Assembly (NCBI GenBank): GCA_964016885.1
Contig: OZ024740.1
Location: 83,204,001 to 83,268,000, forward strand
Length of the DNA stretch: 64,000 bases
Reading direction: 5' to 3'
Source: Eledone cirrhosa
Taxonomy: Eukaryota
The notes beneath the pieces are model-generated. The model did no database searches. It saw only the letters and a list, made by a program, of their open reading frames with translations, and was not told the origin of the DNA. Positions 1 through 13,021 of this stretch are shown piece by piece. The translations under genes were made by a program, and so were the position numbers. Position 1 is the first letter of the stretch. Every line of letters begins with the position of its first letter.

Positions 1-37
1 TCTGTAGTAGAATTTTAATTAAATTAAATTTATAGGT

Positions 38-101
38 AGTGCTTTATATCAGTTATACAAAATTTTAAGCTTGTTGAATCCCACAAATTAAATATAACCT
101 C

Positions 102-165
<64 letters not shown>

Positions 166-229
166 GAGGTTATATTTAATTTGTGGGATTCAACAAGCTT
201 AAAATTTTGTATAACTGATATAAAGCACT
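38..229. repeat. Perfect inverted repeat (~68-bp arms) centred on a (TA)n tract
   Basis: agtgctttatatc...aacctctgca (38-105) is the reverse complement of tgcagaggtt...gatataaagcact (162-229); the spacer is pure (TA)n. Confidence 0.95.
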
Positions 230-449
230 CAACACTTTTGTGGAGTAAATATTCATTATACTAGTAATCCTGACTATCCAGGAAGCTTCAAACGTTAAGG
301 TTGTCTTTATAGAGTATGTCAATATTTATTTATAAAGCAAATCTGTATTTTATGTGATGGAAGCGCGCCATAATTTGCCTTGGTTGCCGTTGAATATACA
401 TAATAAAATAATTATGGTTTCATAAATAGTTTCTATTTATTAATATAAT

Positions 450-758
<309 letters not shown>

Positions 759-908
759 AGGGTTAAAATACCGGAGTGTGTTGGAGTTAAACACCCTCTT
801 CGTATTATAGAAATGACAGTAAAATGTATAGCTCAATGTAGTTAAACAGAGCCGAAGAATTATGGAAGTAAAACAAAGAAGCCTTCAATACATCAAAAGT
901 CTTTATTA

Positions 909-948
909 GCCAACAATGTTTTGTCCTATTAAAGACTCACCAGGGCAA
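909..948 (-). ncRNA. Degenerate minimal type I hammerhead ribozyme in the PLE pLTR
   Basis: Minus strand reads GCC CTGGTGA GTC-tttaatag-GAC AAAA cattg TT GGC, then AATAAA. The inverted copy near 5265-5285 keeps GGAC GAAA cattg TT GGC. Confidence 0.65.
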
Positions 949-2717
949 TTAAAACAACAAGAAGTATTATCGGCGAATACAAGCCGGAAACTCCGTAGAA
1001 TATGGAGTGTACATACACTAAAGTATTGCAAGATTATGGGTAATAATATATAATAAAAATATATAATAAAAATATATAATAAAAATTACTAAGGAGGTGT
1101 ATAACATTAAGAACCATATTACAAATATAGTCCAAAGCAAAAAAAACCTGGAGCTAAACAAAGGTGGTTATATAGAGCAGGAATTATATATAATACAATG
1201 TAATATAATATAATATACCTTTACCAATATTAAAATTACAATAAAAATCAAAAGGTACAATATACATATGTATATATGTACGCACACGTACGCACACATA
1301 CACATACATCAATACACATATCCATCTTCAACTGTACAAATTAAACCTTATTAAGAGTTTAACTATAAATAATCATGATAAGAATAAAAATAATAATAAT
1401 AATAATAATACATATACCCAATATACATGAGGTAATAATATGATATTATTATAAGTAGCACATATAATATATAATAAACTATACAATTATATACTATATA
1501 ATATAATATAATAGAAAATATAATCTCCGGTTAATTTACACAAACAATATAGATGTCACAATAATACTATAATAATAATATACTAACATTTATAATATAC
1601 GATATATAATGGCATTCAAGTTAACAAATCAATTCATATAGAGTTACAGAGTAGCTGAGGAAAAATAAATTGTACAATACCCAAAAATGATGATGGTACA
1701 AAAATATAAACATCTTACATGATATATAAAGTTTAACATATCATAATGTTACATATAATTAACGGTAAGGAATAAGGATCGATATTACAATTAGAAATAC
1801 AATATAATATAATATAAAATAATTAACATAATATAATATATAATTACTTATAATTACAAGGTTGGTAAACAGACATGTATGTGGATGAGTGACTAAGGGC
1901 CAGACAGTAAATATAATGCACAGTAGTATTACAAATAAAATATAAAATATAAAATAAAATAAAATAAATAAATAGTATCAACCGGAAAATAAAAAAACAA
2001 AAACAAAAGTATACATTTAGGTCTCACATGCCGTTAAGTAAAAACTTAGGAAATAACCCTGGTAAATGACTCCAAAACCCTATTTGATAAATGAATATTA
2101 AAAATATATAAAATATCCAATAAGGCAGTATAATATTAGCTATAGTTTAAGTAATTAAAGCTTATAAACGTTAATCTTTCGTTACAAATATTTACAAAAA
2201 GGAATGAGATTTTTTACTATTATATACATAACGATATATAAAAAACTGACTTAAGCAGAATTATGGTGGGCTAATAGGGACAGAAATGAAGAAATATATG
2301 GAGGATACAAAGGGGCATAAAATCATAGTCAATATACTATATTAAATAATAGAAAGGAGCGTAAAAGAGGGGGGGGGATTAAATATAATCATAATCTATT
2401 TGGAGGGGTTGACAATAAGTTTATGTGCGCATGGAGGGGGAGGGGGGAGGGTTATCCAAAGAAGAATACAAATAAAAATAAAAATAAAATAAAATAAAAT
2501 GAAATAAAATAAAATAATGAAAAATATATAATCAGATATATACTCATAAGGTGTTAATAGTGAAAATTTAATGCGTAAGAAGATAAATATGGTATAGTAG
2601 CCAAAAGATTATGAGAGCTAGAATAAAGAGTCGTCTAAAACCAATGATAATAATGATGATAATAATGGTGGTAAACAAAAGAACCTAAACTAAAAAATAG
2701 GTAATGGAATATATCAG

Positions 2718-5171
2718 CTAATGGATACAATTTGTACTACTAGAACCTTTAGGTTTATAATAAAAGTATGAATTAGAAATAGCGTGGGGGCAAGAAGAGA
2801 ATATCTCAGACTTTCTATTAAGTAATGATTCGCTAGAGAAAATTATAGAGTGTGTCTCGAGGATAAAGAGATTACAAAATTTAGTATGTGTAGAAAGGTT
2901 ATTAGAGCGTGCTACTAAACGCCAGTTAAGGCTATATGGTATATTAGCCCCCTTGAGATCCCAGATATAATGTGCTAAAGAAGTAGAATTCTTAAACTTA
3001 ACATGTTTGAAATTAGAGATATGAGAGTTAAACCTAGTCTTAAAAGTGTTAGATGTAGAGCCTATATAAGTTCTATTAGAGGAATTAGTTATAACTACGC
3101 AAGCATAGACAATGTTCTTAGAGAGGCAGTTACCGTTTAAAGGGCAGTTAGCACTCACTCTACAGTTGCACTTCCGGGTGTTATTGGTTGGCTCAAGTGG
3201 TGATGCATTACACGTAGGATTGCTATTAGATAAGGTCTGTTCTGGTGGTAATGCATTTCAAGATCTGTTCAGACTAGTAGTATGTAGAGAGGAGAATCCA
3301 TCCCTAATTTTCATATTGTTAGTGCTAGCTAAATGAGAACTAATATTAGGGGTGGTAGAGAATGAAAGTTTAATAACATTTTTATTAAAAATACTATGGT
3401 ATTTATGAGAAGGGGGGACATTTTTCTCTAAGATAGAAAAGAAAGACCTAGGGATATTAGTTAATACTTCCTGATTATATGGCGGGTTAAAATAAGTATT
3501 TAATCTCCTTCTATTTTTATTCTTACCGACTCTACCATTATCAAATATCCCACCATCAAGATTAGGGTTACTACAAGGATTAGTTAAAACCTCATTATTA
3601 GAATCAGCCAAAATTCCATTAAGTCTATTACCGTTTCTACCTCCAGTAGATCTGCTGCTGTCTGGAATCCAATCAAAATGATTAGGGCCAATAATAGGAT
3701 CAGTAGAAGCAACAGTATTAGAATAAGATCTAGCAAAATTATCACCAATGAGTGAGCGCTCAGAGGGTTCGACTTGTTTCCTAGAGGTATTATATTCACT
3801 ATTACGAGTCCCGTGGGTTAACTTATGGATGGGTTCAGATACACCTATGTAATTTTTACGGTTGTTATGCTTCCTACTCCCATTCATGGCCATGTTATGT
3901 GATATTATGTTATTATTATTAAAAGTAAGCGGAGACTTTCTAAGGTTACTATTATTATAATGTATTTTACTAGAGTAATCGGAATTTGCTAGGGCATTAT
4001 TATAGTACTCCGCATGTTCATTAAATGTTGCTACGTCCTTAGAGAGTGTGGAAATCCTATTAGATACACCCTTAATTATAGAGCTTATCATAGATTTGGG
4101 GTGGTTAGAATTGGGACTAACATAAGAAAGTATTTCATTAGGCTTATGGAAGGGTTTAAAACTATTAGTGACCAAGTCCAAAGTCACATCTAAAAAGTTA
4201 ACCGATCTATCATTTCTATCTATCGTGATCGAAAGGTTATAGCTTTTAAAAAACTTATAAAGCTTCTTCTTATTATGCTCGAAATTGTTGGTGCTAGAGT
4301 TAATTACAAACAATGCATCATCACGATATAGTCCGCCTATAAGGTGCGGGAAGGTAGCATATAGTTCATTAAGGAGGAACAACCCAACAAGATCAGTAAC
4401 CTGGGCCGAATCACTCGAACCCATTGTAACGTCGAAATTATTGGGCGTGTTTTTACGGCTCCAAAATGTGTCCTCAAATTTAATAATAGTTCTACGGGCT
4501 GCTAGTATAATATCTACCTGTGATCGTGTAAGGCTGGACACTCTCATGGCCAATATTAAAGCTTTATTGAGGAGGATGGGTGAAATTGATGTGTAGTAGG
4601 CATCAATATCGAATTGGATAAACTTATTAGATTCAAGTCTATTAATCCCAGAGAACCAATCTATAACTTCCTTAGTGTTCCCCCATAGGTTAAAATTAAC
4701 TTTATCCCTAACATCTGGTATAATAAGGTCAAGGATTTTTTTTCTGATAATGGCTATATCGGACTTAGAAGGACAGATGAGTCTAACAGAGGGGTTACTA
4801 ATAAAATCAACCTTATGATCCTTAAGAGTGAATCTCGGTTCGCGAGGGTAATATGGCTGGGTATACTTATCGAGGCCGAGGTCAGAGACAATTTTAAGAC
4901 CCTCACTATTGATGTGGTTCAAATTCTCAAGCGTAGTTTTTTTTATAATTTCTATGTAGCTCCTTATAAAGAAAGTCACGGTAAGCACTATAATCCATGG
5001 AGTATAGATTCTTAGTCTTATCCGCCGGGACATGAATGGACTTATTCTCACCGAAACCCTTAACAATATTTTAAAGTCTAGACTGGAACTTATCAAAATT
5101 ATTATAATTTCTATGTCTATTATTTGGCCTATACCTAATATTTTTGACAAGAGAGAGTAAGTCACTTTCAA
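2718..5171 (-). pseudogene. PLE RT-GIY-YIG polyprotein, disrupted (frameshift near the 5' end, in-frame TGA at 3258-3260)
   Basis: RT motifs FIQFDIDAYY, FDVTMGSSDSAQVTDLVG, GLYRDD, VNFLDVTLDL, NHP. Linker CNC..CPLNGNC. Endonuclease IVY...YIGST...RF..H. ORFs 3258..5171 and 2718..3158 share a frame. Confidence 0.9.
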
Positions 5172-5329
5172 AACTATCTAATATAATATTATGTGGAGGG
5201 CTCGTATTGGCCGATAATACTTCTTGTTGTTTTAATACTTCTTTTTGTTTTCATTGCCCCTTAATAGGACGAAACATTGTTGGCTAATAAAGACTTTTGA
5301 TGTATTGAAGGCTTCTTTGTTTTACGTTC

Positions 5330-5411
<82 letters not shown>

Positions 5412-5567
5412 TGTGTGTGTGTGTGTGTGTGTATAAGTTCAAAAGAATAGCATTAATATATGTATACTAGTCTGTTTACGCCGTTCTTATGTCCACTACG
5501 ATTGAATGATACATAAAATACGTAGTTTTGGGCAAATTTCTCATCATTATTAATATCAAAGCAGTGC

Positions 5568-5720
5568 ATTGGTAGTATCGGTAGAGGGTCGGCCCTTGCC
5601 ATTCTGAGTTCAAATCACGCCGAGGCTAACTTTGTCTTTCATCCTTACGGGGTCGATAAAGTAAAGTACCAGTAATGCACTGAGTTATTGCTGGCCTTGT
5701 ACCACATGTAGAAACAATTA
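5568..5720 (+). mobile_element. tRNA-derived SINE copy (internally deleted)
   Basis: A box tggtagtatcgg; B box gagttcaaatc; body tcatccttacggggtcgataaa; TSD attattaatatcaa on both sides. Confidence 0.85.
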
Positions 5721-8525
5721 TTAATATCAATAACATTATTGACATAATCGAACACAGTAAGATCATTTTTACAGATGATTCCAGACGTTGAAGGTCCTCA
5801 ACGTAGTGGAAGACCGGTCAACCCTTCAATCGGATCTGCTTGCTGTATTTCAAAGGTTGTAATAAACAATATACAACTAATTGAAAATTAAAGATAATTT
5901 GATCTAATCCACGTTGGAAAAGAGGATGCACGGAAGTTACAACATTCTCGTCTCTCGGGTGACATCCTCATAGCAACACCAGGGATATTGGTGTAATTTC
6001 TGATATGAATTTGTGCATGTATACTCACATAAACAACAATGTTGACATCTCCCATAGGATGTGTTCGTGGATCCTTAGAACTTTCCAGTCGAGTGATATC
6101 TACACCATCATCCTCATTTTGAAAACTGTTGCTAACTGTGGTCTCTCTACACGACACAAATTATTATGAAAATTGAATCACTCTGGATGTCAATTACAAA
6201 GTAAATTAAAGGCATGAGTAAACACTACTCTCTCCAACACAGCGTTGACGCTCCACTATCTGTATGGTGTGGACTATATTAAATCAACATTGCCCAAGTT
6301 ATGTTGTCATCAATTTTGAAAATCCAGTCAATGTTTGGTCCTCCTGCTATCTGCTAATCACATGAAAAGACTCGCATCTCATAACGACACCACGGTACAA
6401 CTATTTCTCCCCACCTGGGCTCGCTCTCTTTTATATAATTCGAAAACACATCAGAACAGAAACAGATACCATAAAATTCACAACAAATTTCCTACACAAA
6501 ATTCAGCATCAACCCCCTACATCCTGATATTTCTCTGAAAACAATAAATATTTAATAGAGTAGGCTCTTGTACCCAAAATATAACTGGTGTGTGTTACGA
6601 TATGAAATACTTCGCCAGGAGGTGCTAAGATGTTAGATATTGTTCGAACTGGCTGAGACCTATCAATGTTACCAAAGTTGTTTTCCTAAGTAAAACATGC
6701 GTACTCTTTATTCCGAATGACGCAAGGATAGAGAAAATTATTTTCAAGTGTCAAATCTTGCTGCCAAACAATGTTCCCTAACTTCAGTCTATAGAGCGAT
6801 TAGCAAACGAAAGGATACATCGCAGAATAGAGAGGGAACATTAGATCTGCTGCTGCTGGTTCTGTCAAGTTGAAATTCTCGCTATGTACAATGTAAAGTG
6901 GATGTCTGTAAACAGAGAACATCTAGCCATAAGATACAGATCAAATTGAAATGAACGTGTGAAAGATATTCCCTTCTTTACACAATTCCTCCAAAGACGT
7001 GACTCCTGTGTCAACGCGGAAAAGTTGATGTTAAATTTCAAGAATTATGATGGTTATGACATGAAGAAACTCATACTCTCGTGGTAAATTCTACATATAA
7101 TGGAAATGATAATGTTGATGATAATGGTTATTATCATTTCTATTATCACTAATGCATTATAACCTGTTTAATTCTGTCCGTGCGTTTGCTATATTTTCAC
7201 CATTTTAGGTTGAATAAAAAGTAGACTCAGTGAATGGAAAATGATCTTAAATATTGTATCCAAACTTGTACCTAACAAAGAAAGCAAATATTTAATATCC
7301 AAATGCAATGAAATATTTATACCTCTATTTAAGATCTTTATGAATCACTTATGAGCGAGTCTTCAATATATTATTTGTCCATTCTGTATATATCTCGCCA
7401 TAAAGCGACATGAATGAAATATAATATTTGTGAAATACCGAATTCAAAGTTATAACTGTATCAATATATTTTAAGAACAACAATAATGCCTGAGAGAGAA
7501 TGAGAGTGAGAACAGACAGAGGAAGGCAGAACGTGTTTGTGTGTATATGACTTTCTGTGGGGGGCATGTGTGTGTCTGTGTTTCATAATAAAATATCAGC
7601 TCAATTATTTAGGCAATGGCACCAAATTTCCCGGACGGAATGCGTATGATTTGTAGCTACTTAACCTATATTAAAGATCGCTCCCAATTTCTCTAACATA
7701 CGTATATGCATTTTCCCTGTCTTTATATCAAACTCTGATTCTCTTTCCTTTTCTCGCTCGCTCTCTCTCTCTCTTTCTCACCTCTCCCTCTCTCTCGCAC
7801 ACCCCCACGTTCTCCCTCTCCGTTTCTTTCTGTCTCCTCCACGGATATATTCTCATTTGAAACAAACTACGATGTATATATGTTGCTACAATCACATCTA
7901 CTCTGACTTTCTAAAGAATCCTGTATCATCACTCATTTTAACCTATTTAAATGCGATGTCACCAGCCATTAACAATATTTTGTATCATATTTGATCATTG
8001 TTCAATAAGTAGAAAGCACAGGGGTCCTACACACCTCCATTATCCTTATATACCAGGTCGTATTTTCTTTCATCCTTTTCCACAATGTCATCTCGTCATC
8101 AAGTACTACAACAATACACCAGCTCAGCTGATATAATCCATCATATTCAGAAAATCCATCAAGAACACCACCACCACCACCACCATCACTAGCATCATCA
8201 CCAGTAAAACCACCACCTTCATCTTCGTCGTCATTGTTTTCGCCGTTAACACTACGATCATCCTCACTTTGTTAATTATTTTCACTTTGGAAATTGTTAT
8301 TTTTGCACTTGGACATTACACCCCCAGGAAAATATAGACATCAAAATGGGATATCCCTAGAAAAATCATTCTGTCTCTGCTCAACATCTCATTTATTTAC
8401 AGTTCCTTATTTCATGTTTCATATTCCCGTATTCACTCGAAAGGAAATAATTTTTTCATACTCATCTCCTCATTTGTCGTGAACATTTCAAAGCCTACCT
8501 CGCTGGATTTATTGTTGCTGGTGAA

Positions 8526-8680
8526 TGCAACCGTTACATATGTTCCCCCTAGTTACCATACACCTTAGTCCATGGTGCAAGAGGTACATATGTTCTCCCT
8601 ACTTAAGCATACACCTTAACCCATGGTGCAAATGTTACATATGTTTTCTCTACTTAGGCATATACCTTAGCCCATGGTAC
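8526..8680. repeat. Minisatellite, 3 x ~50-51 bp
   Basis: tgcaa..tacatatgtt..ctact/gtta..catacacctta..ccatgg recurs at ~8526, 8576 and 8627. Confidence 0.85.
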
Positions 8681-9127
8681 AGAAAAATGATTTGAAAACA
8701 TATGCTGATGGGAGGTGGAATTTATGAAGCTGGGCCATAATTACTCTTCCCTGAAGGAAATTGTCTTATATTTGCCTCTTCCAATGAATCGAATTTGAAA
8801 CATTAACGTTTGAAACATTTGCAGCTAAACATTAGTTTTCCGCAATGATCTGATATGCTATTTGCTTCCACTCCTCAATACATCATTCAAATACAAATTT
8901 ATTATTTAAATGTTTCACTTATTTGAATGTATGTGTACTTCTATTTCTATTTATGAATGAGTTACATCACTAGACCTATCACTTATCAATTCACTCATTG
9001 CATACCTCGTTGGATTATTCATAACTTCAACCGTATAGTATATATTAATGTCTCTAAGCAAAACATTTATATGCTGCAAAATTCAGTACCAAAAGTCCCA
9101 TCTTCACCCACACACATTATATACATT

Positions 9128-9172
9128 ATATATATATATATATATATATATGTGTGGTGTGTGAGTGTGTGT

Positions 9173-9234
<62 letters not shown>
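9128..9234. repeat. (TA)n-(TG)n compound microsatellite
   Basis: Directly visible. Confidence 0.95.
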
Positions 9235-9899
9235 ATAAAGTGTTGGGTTGCCGAGGGCTGAGCGCTTGCCGCTTCAAATGCACTGTGCGAATGCTTCAAT
9301 TAAAAAGGCCAATGAATTACTTCCTTTTTCCCAGCCTTATTTTAAAAACACAAAATTATTACTACCTTCATTCTGGGTGCAAACACATGAGGATGAGCTG
9401 GTGGATTACACATGGTGTATACCGGAGGAAGTGTTTTATTGTTTCTCTGCGTTGTTTTCTTGGACACAATTCACTGAGGATCTATTGTATATATATCCAT
9501 TTGGCAAACAGCATATCCTCCAAAGCGAGGGCTACATTTATGCTGTGCGGCGAAGATGAACTAAAAATCTCTTTATAATACATTCAAATTTTGACATTAT
9601 AATCATATACACTTTGCTGCTAATGCGCATACAGATTTTCACACGCCGACTAATTTCTCCCTAGCACTTATGATAGTATTCCCTTCATGTAGTGAGAATT
9701 GTTAGGTGAATGTATGGCTAGGATTGCGAGTTAGAAGATGTCAAAGATGGGTGATATAACATTAACAAGCTTTAGAATTGGTCCCAAGTAGCGTCCAATA
9801 TTCCTAATGTTGGTATTACATGAGATGCAGTAGCCCATTTTCGTCCCAGGTAAAATGTCCATGCTGGTGTTTATATATATATATATGTACAATATAAGG

Positions 9900-10140
9900 G
9901 AACATGATAATAGTACCACTGATTTGCAACGAAATAATGTTGTTAGACTATATATATATATATTTATATCTGTATTTGTAAACATTGGTCAGTCAATCAT
10001 AAACATTGATTGCCAAATAAATTAACTATGGAGATATAAAAGATACAGAAGCGGAAACCAACCAAACAGTGAGTGTTTTTCTGTTATTATTTCTGGGAAT
10101 ATTATTACAACAATATGACCCTGCCCAAGTATAACAATTT
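9900..10140 (+). mobile_element. PLE pLTR-like 3' terminal fragment (same family as 28153-28836)
   Basis: Shares aatagtaccactgat...ttgccaaataaattaactatgg...cagtgagtgt and the end motif atgaccc..cccaagtataacaa with copies at 28.2-28.8 kb; the end motif also matches 15.25 and 20.8 kb. Confidence 0.65.
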
Positions 10141-10162
10141 ACTTTTTTTATATATTTATTTT

Positions 10163-10224
<62 letters not shown>

Positions 10225-10226
<2 letters not shown>

Positions 10227-10530
10227 ACTAGAAAGTGAACAACAGAAAATATAACTACTCCATCACCAAAGGTTTCTGGATCACAGACGATAATAATAGA
10301 CGTCTGGATCATTCGTCAGACAGAGATGTTATAGATAAAAGATATGAAATCTCATTTCATATCTTTTACCTATAACATCTCTAGATATATGTATGTGTCG
10401 ACATCAGTAATTACTACTCCTCTATCACTTTACCACTCCTTCTCAGAGCTATCTATTTCGGTAAAACGCTCAAGGTGTTTAAGGATTTCGAAGTTGATGT
10501 CATCCTCAATGCCCGTAAGTTGGTGATTAA
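10225..10530 (-). mobile_element. 3' stub of a PLE (possible endonuclease C-terminus plus hammerhead-like pLTR) facing (TA)n
   Basis: Minus strand CTGACGA-atgatc cagacg..cgtctg tgatc-ca GAAA at ~10273-10319; upstream peptide HQLTGIEDDINFEILKHL...EKEW. Confidence 0.5.
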
Positions 10531-12964
10531 TTTCGACGACTCTATTTGGATTAACAAATCTAATAGTACCCCATTCGATGTGAGTATGGGCGCCAGCGAT
10601 CGATTCTGCGTATATTACTGATCTTATCGGTCTTTCCCTTATTTTCTCCATCAACGAAGAATTCCCCATCGTGGGCGGTGGTTTGTACCGTGATGACGGT
10701 ATTTTGGCCCGTGTGCTTGCGACATGTTCAGAAAAGAACTCACAGCCTTCTTTAAAGGCTTCAACCTTTCCTTACAGGTTGAGGCCAACCTCTCGGTCTC
10801 GGTCGTTAATTACCTCGACGTTACCCTCAATTTGTCGAATGGCTTGCGCTACCCATATAGAAAGCCGAATTATACGCTTAATTACATAAGCAAGCAATCT
10901 AACCATCCTGCCAGCATAACCAAGAACCTGGTAAGAAATGTCTCTTTGAGGAATTCCCGTCTATCTACAAACGAGCATATTGTCACCGACCATTCCACAT
11001 ATTACAATGAAGCTCTTGCTCGGAGTCGATTTGTCGATAAGGTAGCATATACCGAGTATGAGCATGGAGCTACGAAAAATAGATGCCGACGTATTATAAA
11101 CCACCTTATAATATGGAGGTGGCCACACCAATAGCTAATATCTTTCTCTCCCTTATTATGAAGCATTTCCACTCCAGCACATGAATATAATAACATTTTA
11201 AATAGAAATATCATTAAAATGTCTTACTCTACGACACCTAACCCTGCACATAACACCACAGCCTCAAATTTAGCTAACTTACCTAGTCGTGTGAACACAT
11301 GCAACCCTGTAGCTAGTACTAACTGTAATTGTAGGAATCGGGTTGACTGCCCCCTATCCGGGAAAGGCCTCTCTAGTAACATTGTCTACAAATGTGTGGT
11401 TGAGACACCCACGTCCAGTAGGGCCTACATAGGGTTAACCGCCAATAGATTCATGCAGCGTCTTTACATGCATACCCATTCTTTACTTAACACTTTAAGA
11501 ATGAATATAACGTGACTTTCAGCTTATATCTGGAGTCTAAAAGACAACCACAACCAACATAGGTTACACTGGGAGATCCTATCTAAGGCTAGATCGTATA
11601 ACGGAAATAAAAGACCGTGTGACCTCTGCACCGCCGAAACCCTGGAAATACTCTACGCCAATGACCACATTTTAAACAAAAATTCTGAGGCAATTTCGGC
11701 TTGTAAACATAAATTGCCCAAAACTTTCTTGTATTACAGCCTCACATTATACCCTAACGGATAGTACAAACTATACGCAGATGATATACGTCTTGATGTC
11801 GTAGCTAACTATATTTTATGTTTATACCATTACTTATTTGTATAGGTAAGTATATATTACCTATATGTTTTGTGAAGGTACGTATACTTTCTCGTACGTA
11901 TATTTGCTTGTATTTGTTATTGGCGTATATATTATATTATATATACTGGTACATGTGTATATGGTTATGTGTATGCGTGAGCTTTGCGTTTGTATGCGTA
12001 TGCGCGTTTGCACGTATGTAGGGTGTGTGTATATGTGTACTTTGTGTTTTGGTTGGCGTCGTTTAGCGAACATATGTGTATTTACATGTGGGTGTGGGTG
12101 TTCGCGCGTTATATACGTATTTATGTGTGTATATTTATATACGTTTATATAATTATATGTATACGCTCGCACACACACACATGTAAATATATTCTTTTTA
12201 TATATATATTATTTTTTTTAATACATGTTTTATGTGTATTAAGGTCTATACGTTCGTATGGGTGCGGGTACAGGCGTTTCGTGGGTTTTTGTATGTGTGC
12301 GCTTGGTTTAGTGTACGCGCCTGTATTTGCATACCCATGGCAGGTGTTCCCGCGTATGCATGTGTATGTACTTACATGGATGCGTGCATCTAAATATTTA
12401 ATTATTGCTGATTTCAATAACCTCTGTAATTTATTTACATTATTCTTAACTCTGAGCCCGAGAATCATTCGGTTTCCTAAATAGAATGTTACTCAACGAC
12501 TTCAGTTGTACCATAAACGTGGTTTTGTCTTTGCGTGTAATTGTTCTCAACGCTCCACATAATGTCATATTATATTCGTTTTTTTTCCCGTTCAATGCCA
12601 GGGAACGTCTCCACGAATATTAGAATATTAGTCTACGACTTCACTTATACCATGAACTAGGTTTTGTCTTTGCGTGTAATTGTTTTTCACCACTGCAAAT
12701 AATGACGTATTATCTTCGTTTTTTTTTCGTTCTTTGCCAGGGAACGTTTCGACGAACCAAAGTATCGTCTTCCTGTCTCCCTTCGGTTGAAAGGTTTTTC
12801 GAAATATTTACTTCTGCGTTCACAGATGGAATTTTTTAGTTTCAAAAGATCCTGTTAAGGTTGAAAGGAGCGATTCTTTGCTTAAACTTTAATCTGTTAT
12901 TTTAATATAGATGATTTGTAAAGAATGAAACAGTTCTAGTCCTGTAGAATCTCATCTATATTAG

Positions 12965-12968
<4 letters not shown>
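10530..12968 (+). mobile_element. Hydra-like PLE, 5'-truncated and frameshifted (RT C-half, GIY-YIG, 3' UTR)
   Basis: FDVSMG, GGLYRDDG, VNYLDVTLNL, SNHP, CNCRNRVDCPLSG, IVYKC...YIGLT, CDLC; clearly homologous to 2718-5171; ends at (TA)n. Confidence 0.85.
12482..12756. repeat. Diverged tandem duplication, 2 x ~139 bp
   Basis: tagaat...ggttttgtctttgcgtgtaattgtt...tgccagggaacgt..acgaa occurs at 12482 and 12621. Confidence 0.85.

Positions 12969-13019
<51 letters not shown>

Positions 13020-13021
<2 letters not shown>

Larger units (their letters stand above)
759..5333 (-). mobile_element. Penelope-like retroelement (C-terminal GIY-YIG, Hydra-like), 5'-truncated, with an inverted pLTR at its 5' side; flanked by (TA)n on both sides
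   Basis: RT and GIY-YIG ORF at 2718-5190; long AT-rich 3' UTR; 5200-5333 is the reverse complement of ~860-995; (TA)n at both ends. Confidence 0.9.

Noticed and set aside
8526-8680. Regularly spaced repeats as a possible CRISPR array
   Set aside because: Whole units are homologous with no unique spacers, there are no cas genes, and the context is eukaryotic.
9240-9600. CRFKC-containing stretch as a possible DNA transposase remnant
   Set aside because: A single short motif, with no catalytic residues or terminal repeats that I can support.
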